Source: Flavobacteriales bacterium TMED84 (lineage in GTDB: Bacteria; Bacteroidota; Bacteroidia; Flavobacteriales; BACL11). Taken from it: 47,362 nucleotides of DNA. The translations under genes and the position numbers were made by a program. Below the pieces are notes generated by a model, which was not told where the DNA came from, made no database searches, and saw only the letters and a program-made list of their open reading frames with translations. The DNA lies in contig NHEL02000012.1 in the NCBI GenBank assembly GCA_002172655.2, forward strand, positions 72,455 to 119,816. Direction: 5' to 3'. The stretch's first letter is position 1; the number at the start of each line of letters is the position of its first letter. Of the stretch, positions 45,860 through 47,362 are shown piece by piece.

Positions 45860-47362
45860 ATGAGAAAACTAATAATATCAATATTTACATGCTTTATCTT
45901 ATTTTTTACAGCTAACTCTCAAAATTCTTATACAATAAATGCATCATCCAATGTTAACATTTTTACTCCTGACACTATTCAATGTGTTGTAGGAGATACC
46001 ATTCATTTTATTTTGAATGGATTTCATGATGCTAAGGAAGTTGATCAAGCTAGTTGGCTTGCTAATACCTCTGGAACAAATGTCGGTTTTCATTTTTTAT
46101 CGACATCAATGGGAGGAACTGGCTCAGGTACTTTAGTTGTTGATAGTGCAACATCTCACTTTTTCATTTGTACACCACATATTTCTTTAAGTCCACCAAT
46201 GAAAGGATTAATTATTGTTTCAGCCCAACAAATATCTGGTTGTACTGATTCAACAGCAATAAATTACAACCCACTTGCGATCGTAGATGACGGATCATGT
46301 ATTTACTGTAGCAATGACTCAACTTTCTCTACTGTAGTAGCCTGTAACAATTTCATTTGGGATGGAATAACTTATGATAGCTCGGGTTTTTATACAAATA
46401 TATATACTGATTCTTTGGGATGTGATAGTACTCACACATTAGATTTAATTATCAATTACTCAAATTCTGGGTCTTCAACAATAACGGCATGTGATAATTT
46501 TGTTTGGGATGGTACTGTTTATGACAGCTCTGGTATTTACACAAACATATATAGTAACTCTAATGGCTGTGATAGTATTCATACCTTAAATTTGACAATT
46601 AATAGTTCAGACTATTCTTTTGTAAATGTTGAGGCTTGTGATAGTTTTCTTTGGAATGGTTTTGTTTACTATCAATCAGGTGTTTATTACTTTACAGATA
46701 CAGTCAATGCAAGTGGATGTGACTCAACACTAGTCTTAAATCTTACTATTTTTAATCAGTATAGCGGCGGTATTGAAGATAACACTGTCGGTGGTGGTGG
46801 ATTTTACTCAGGAAACAGAGCCTTGGTACTTGATTGTTACTTTCCATCCAAAATTGTGAGTACAACAATTTATGCTCAAGCTAATGACAACTATACTTTT
46901 GAACTCAGAGATAACGTAGGTAATGTTTTACAAACAACAACTGTACCATTAGTTCAAGGTCAGAATAGAGTAGATTTAAATTTTGATGTGCCAGTAGGTA
47001 ACGATTTTGAACTAGGAGTTCCTGGTGGGCACAGTGGAATGTATAGAAACAACCAGGGAGTCAATTATCCATACGATTTTTCTAGTCTTATATCAATCAA
47101 ATCTTCTAATTCTGGGTCAGCATTTAATTTTTATTATTTCTTCTATGACATTGTCATTTCATCTAACAACTTTTTGAATAATGTCAGCATATGTTCAGGT
47201 GAAAGCTATTCTATTGGAGGAAATAATTATGATTCCACAGGTACATATATTGATACTTTATTGTCTTCCATAGGTTGCGATAGCATTGTTACAACAAACT
47301 TAACAGTCAATCCAATTTTTTCAATTGTCTTTTCTGATACAATATGTAGTGGTCAATCGGTT
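45860..47362 (+). CDS. Large secreted modular protein, truncated by the window end: signal peptide, cupredoxin domain, GCTD motif, Cys-bracketed GCDS repeats
   Basis: Manual translation is open for 501 codons from ATG 45860 to the end of the window; H56, C104-x2-H107-x6-M114. Not in the ORF track because no stop codon is present. Confidence 0.85.
   Translation, partial: MRKLIISIFTCFILFFTANSQNSYTINASSNVNIFTPDTIQCVVGDTIHFILNGFHDAKEVDQASWLANTSGTNVGFHFLSTSMGGTGSGTLVVDSATSHFFICTPHISLSPPMKGLIIVSAQQISGCTDSTAINYNPLAIVDDGSCIYCSNDSTFSTVVACNNFIWDGITYDSSGFYTNIYTDSLGCDSTHTLDLIINYSNSGSSTITACDNFVWDGTVYDSSGIYTNIYSNSNGCDSIHTLNLTINSSDYSFVNVEACDSFLWNGFVYYQSGVYYFTDTVNASGCDSTLVLNLTIFNQYSGGIEDNTVGGGGFYSGNRALVLDCYFPSKIVSTTIYAQANDNYTFELRDNVGNVLQTTTVPLVQGQNRVDLNFDVPVGNDFELGVPGGHSGMYRNNQGVNYPYDFSSLISIKSSNSGSAFNFYYFFYDIVISSNNFLNNVSICSGESYSIGGNNYDSTGTYIDTLLSSIGCDSIVTTNLTVNPIFSIVFSDTICSGQSV
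46340..46750 (+). repeat. Three tandem ~49-aa (147-bp period) repeats AC-x-x-F-x-W-[DN]G...SG-x-Y...GCDS...L-x-L-x-I
   Basis: Units start at 46340, 46487 and 46634; a related unit begins near 47190. Confidence 0.85.

Overview
AT-rich, very gene-dense chromosomal segment from a member of the Bacteroidota, most likely a streamlined marine Flavobacteriales-type genome. The assignment rests on TAnnTTTG -7 promoter boxes, A-rich start regions without Shine-Dalgarno sequences, T9SS C-terminal sorting domains, a fused ResB/CcsA and a fused E1 alpha/beta. The window is mostly core and metabolic genes: the end of a cysteine desulfurase, nhaC, wzc/wza, maf, a DGGGP-synthase-like UbiA, ccsA-bshB1, copA, tRNA-His, DPP-IV/POT/thioredoxins, hisS-hutH, rsmE, pckA, rimM-rpsP, murQ, mnmD, and branched-chain catabolism genes (E1 fusion, ilvE, icmF). 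Four secreted, T9SS-type proteins are interspersed. I found no integrase, transposase, prophage, CRISPR array or recognisable defence system. The features most worth follow-up are: (i) a large secreted repeat protein, missing from the ORF track and truncated by the window end, with an N-terminal type-1 (blue) copper cupredoxin site and an atypical ligand loop; (ii) a strong terminator whose U-tract abuts the ilvE start codon and is crossed by a short uORF; (iii) a 12 x 18-bp tandem array encoding the acidic tail of ribosomal protein S16, plus a structured rpsP leader; (iv) symmetric divergent promoters and probable leaderless mRNAs; (v) an unannotated 48-aa membrane ORF coupled to a YceI gene. 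All calls come from reading motifs by eye; no database searches were run.
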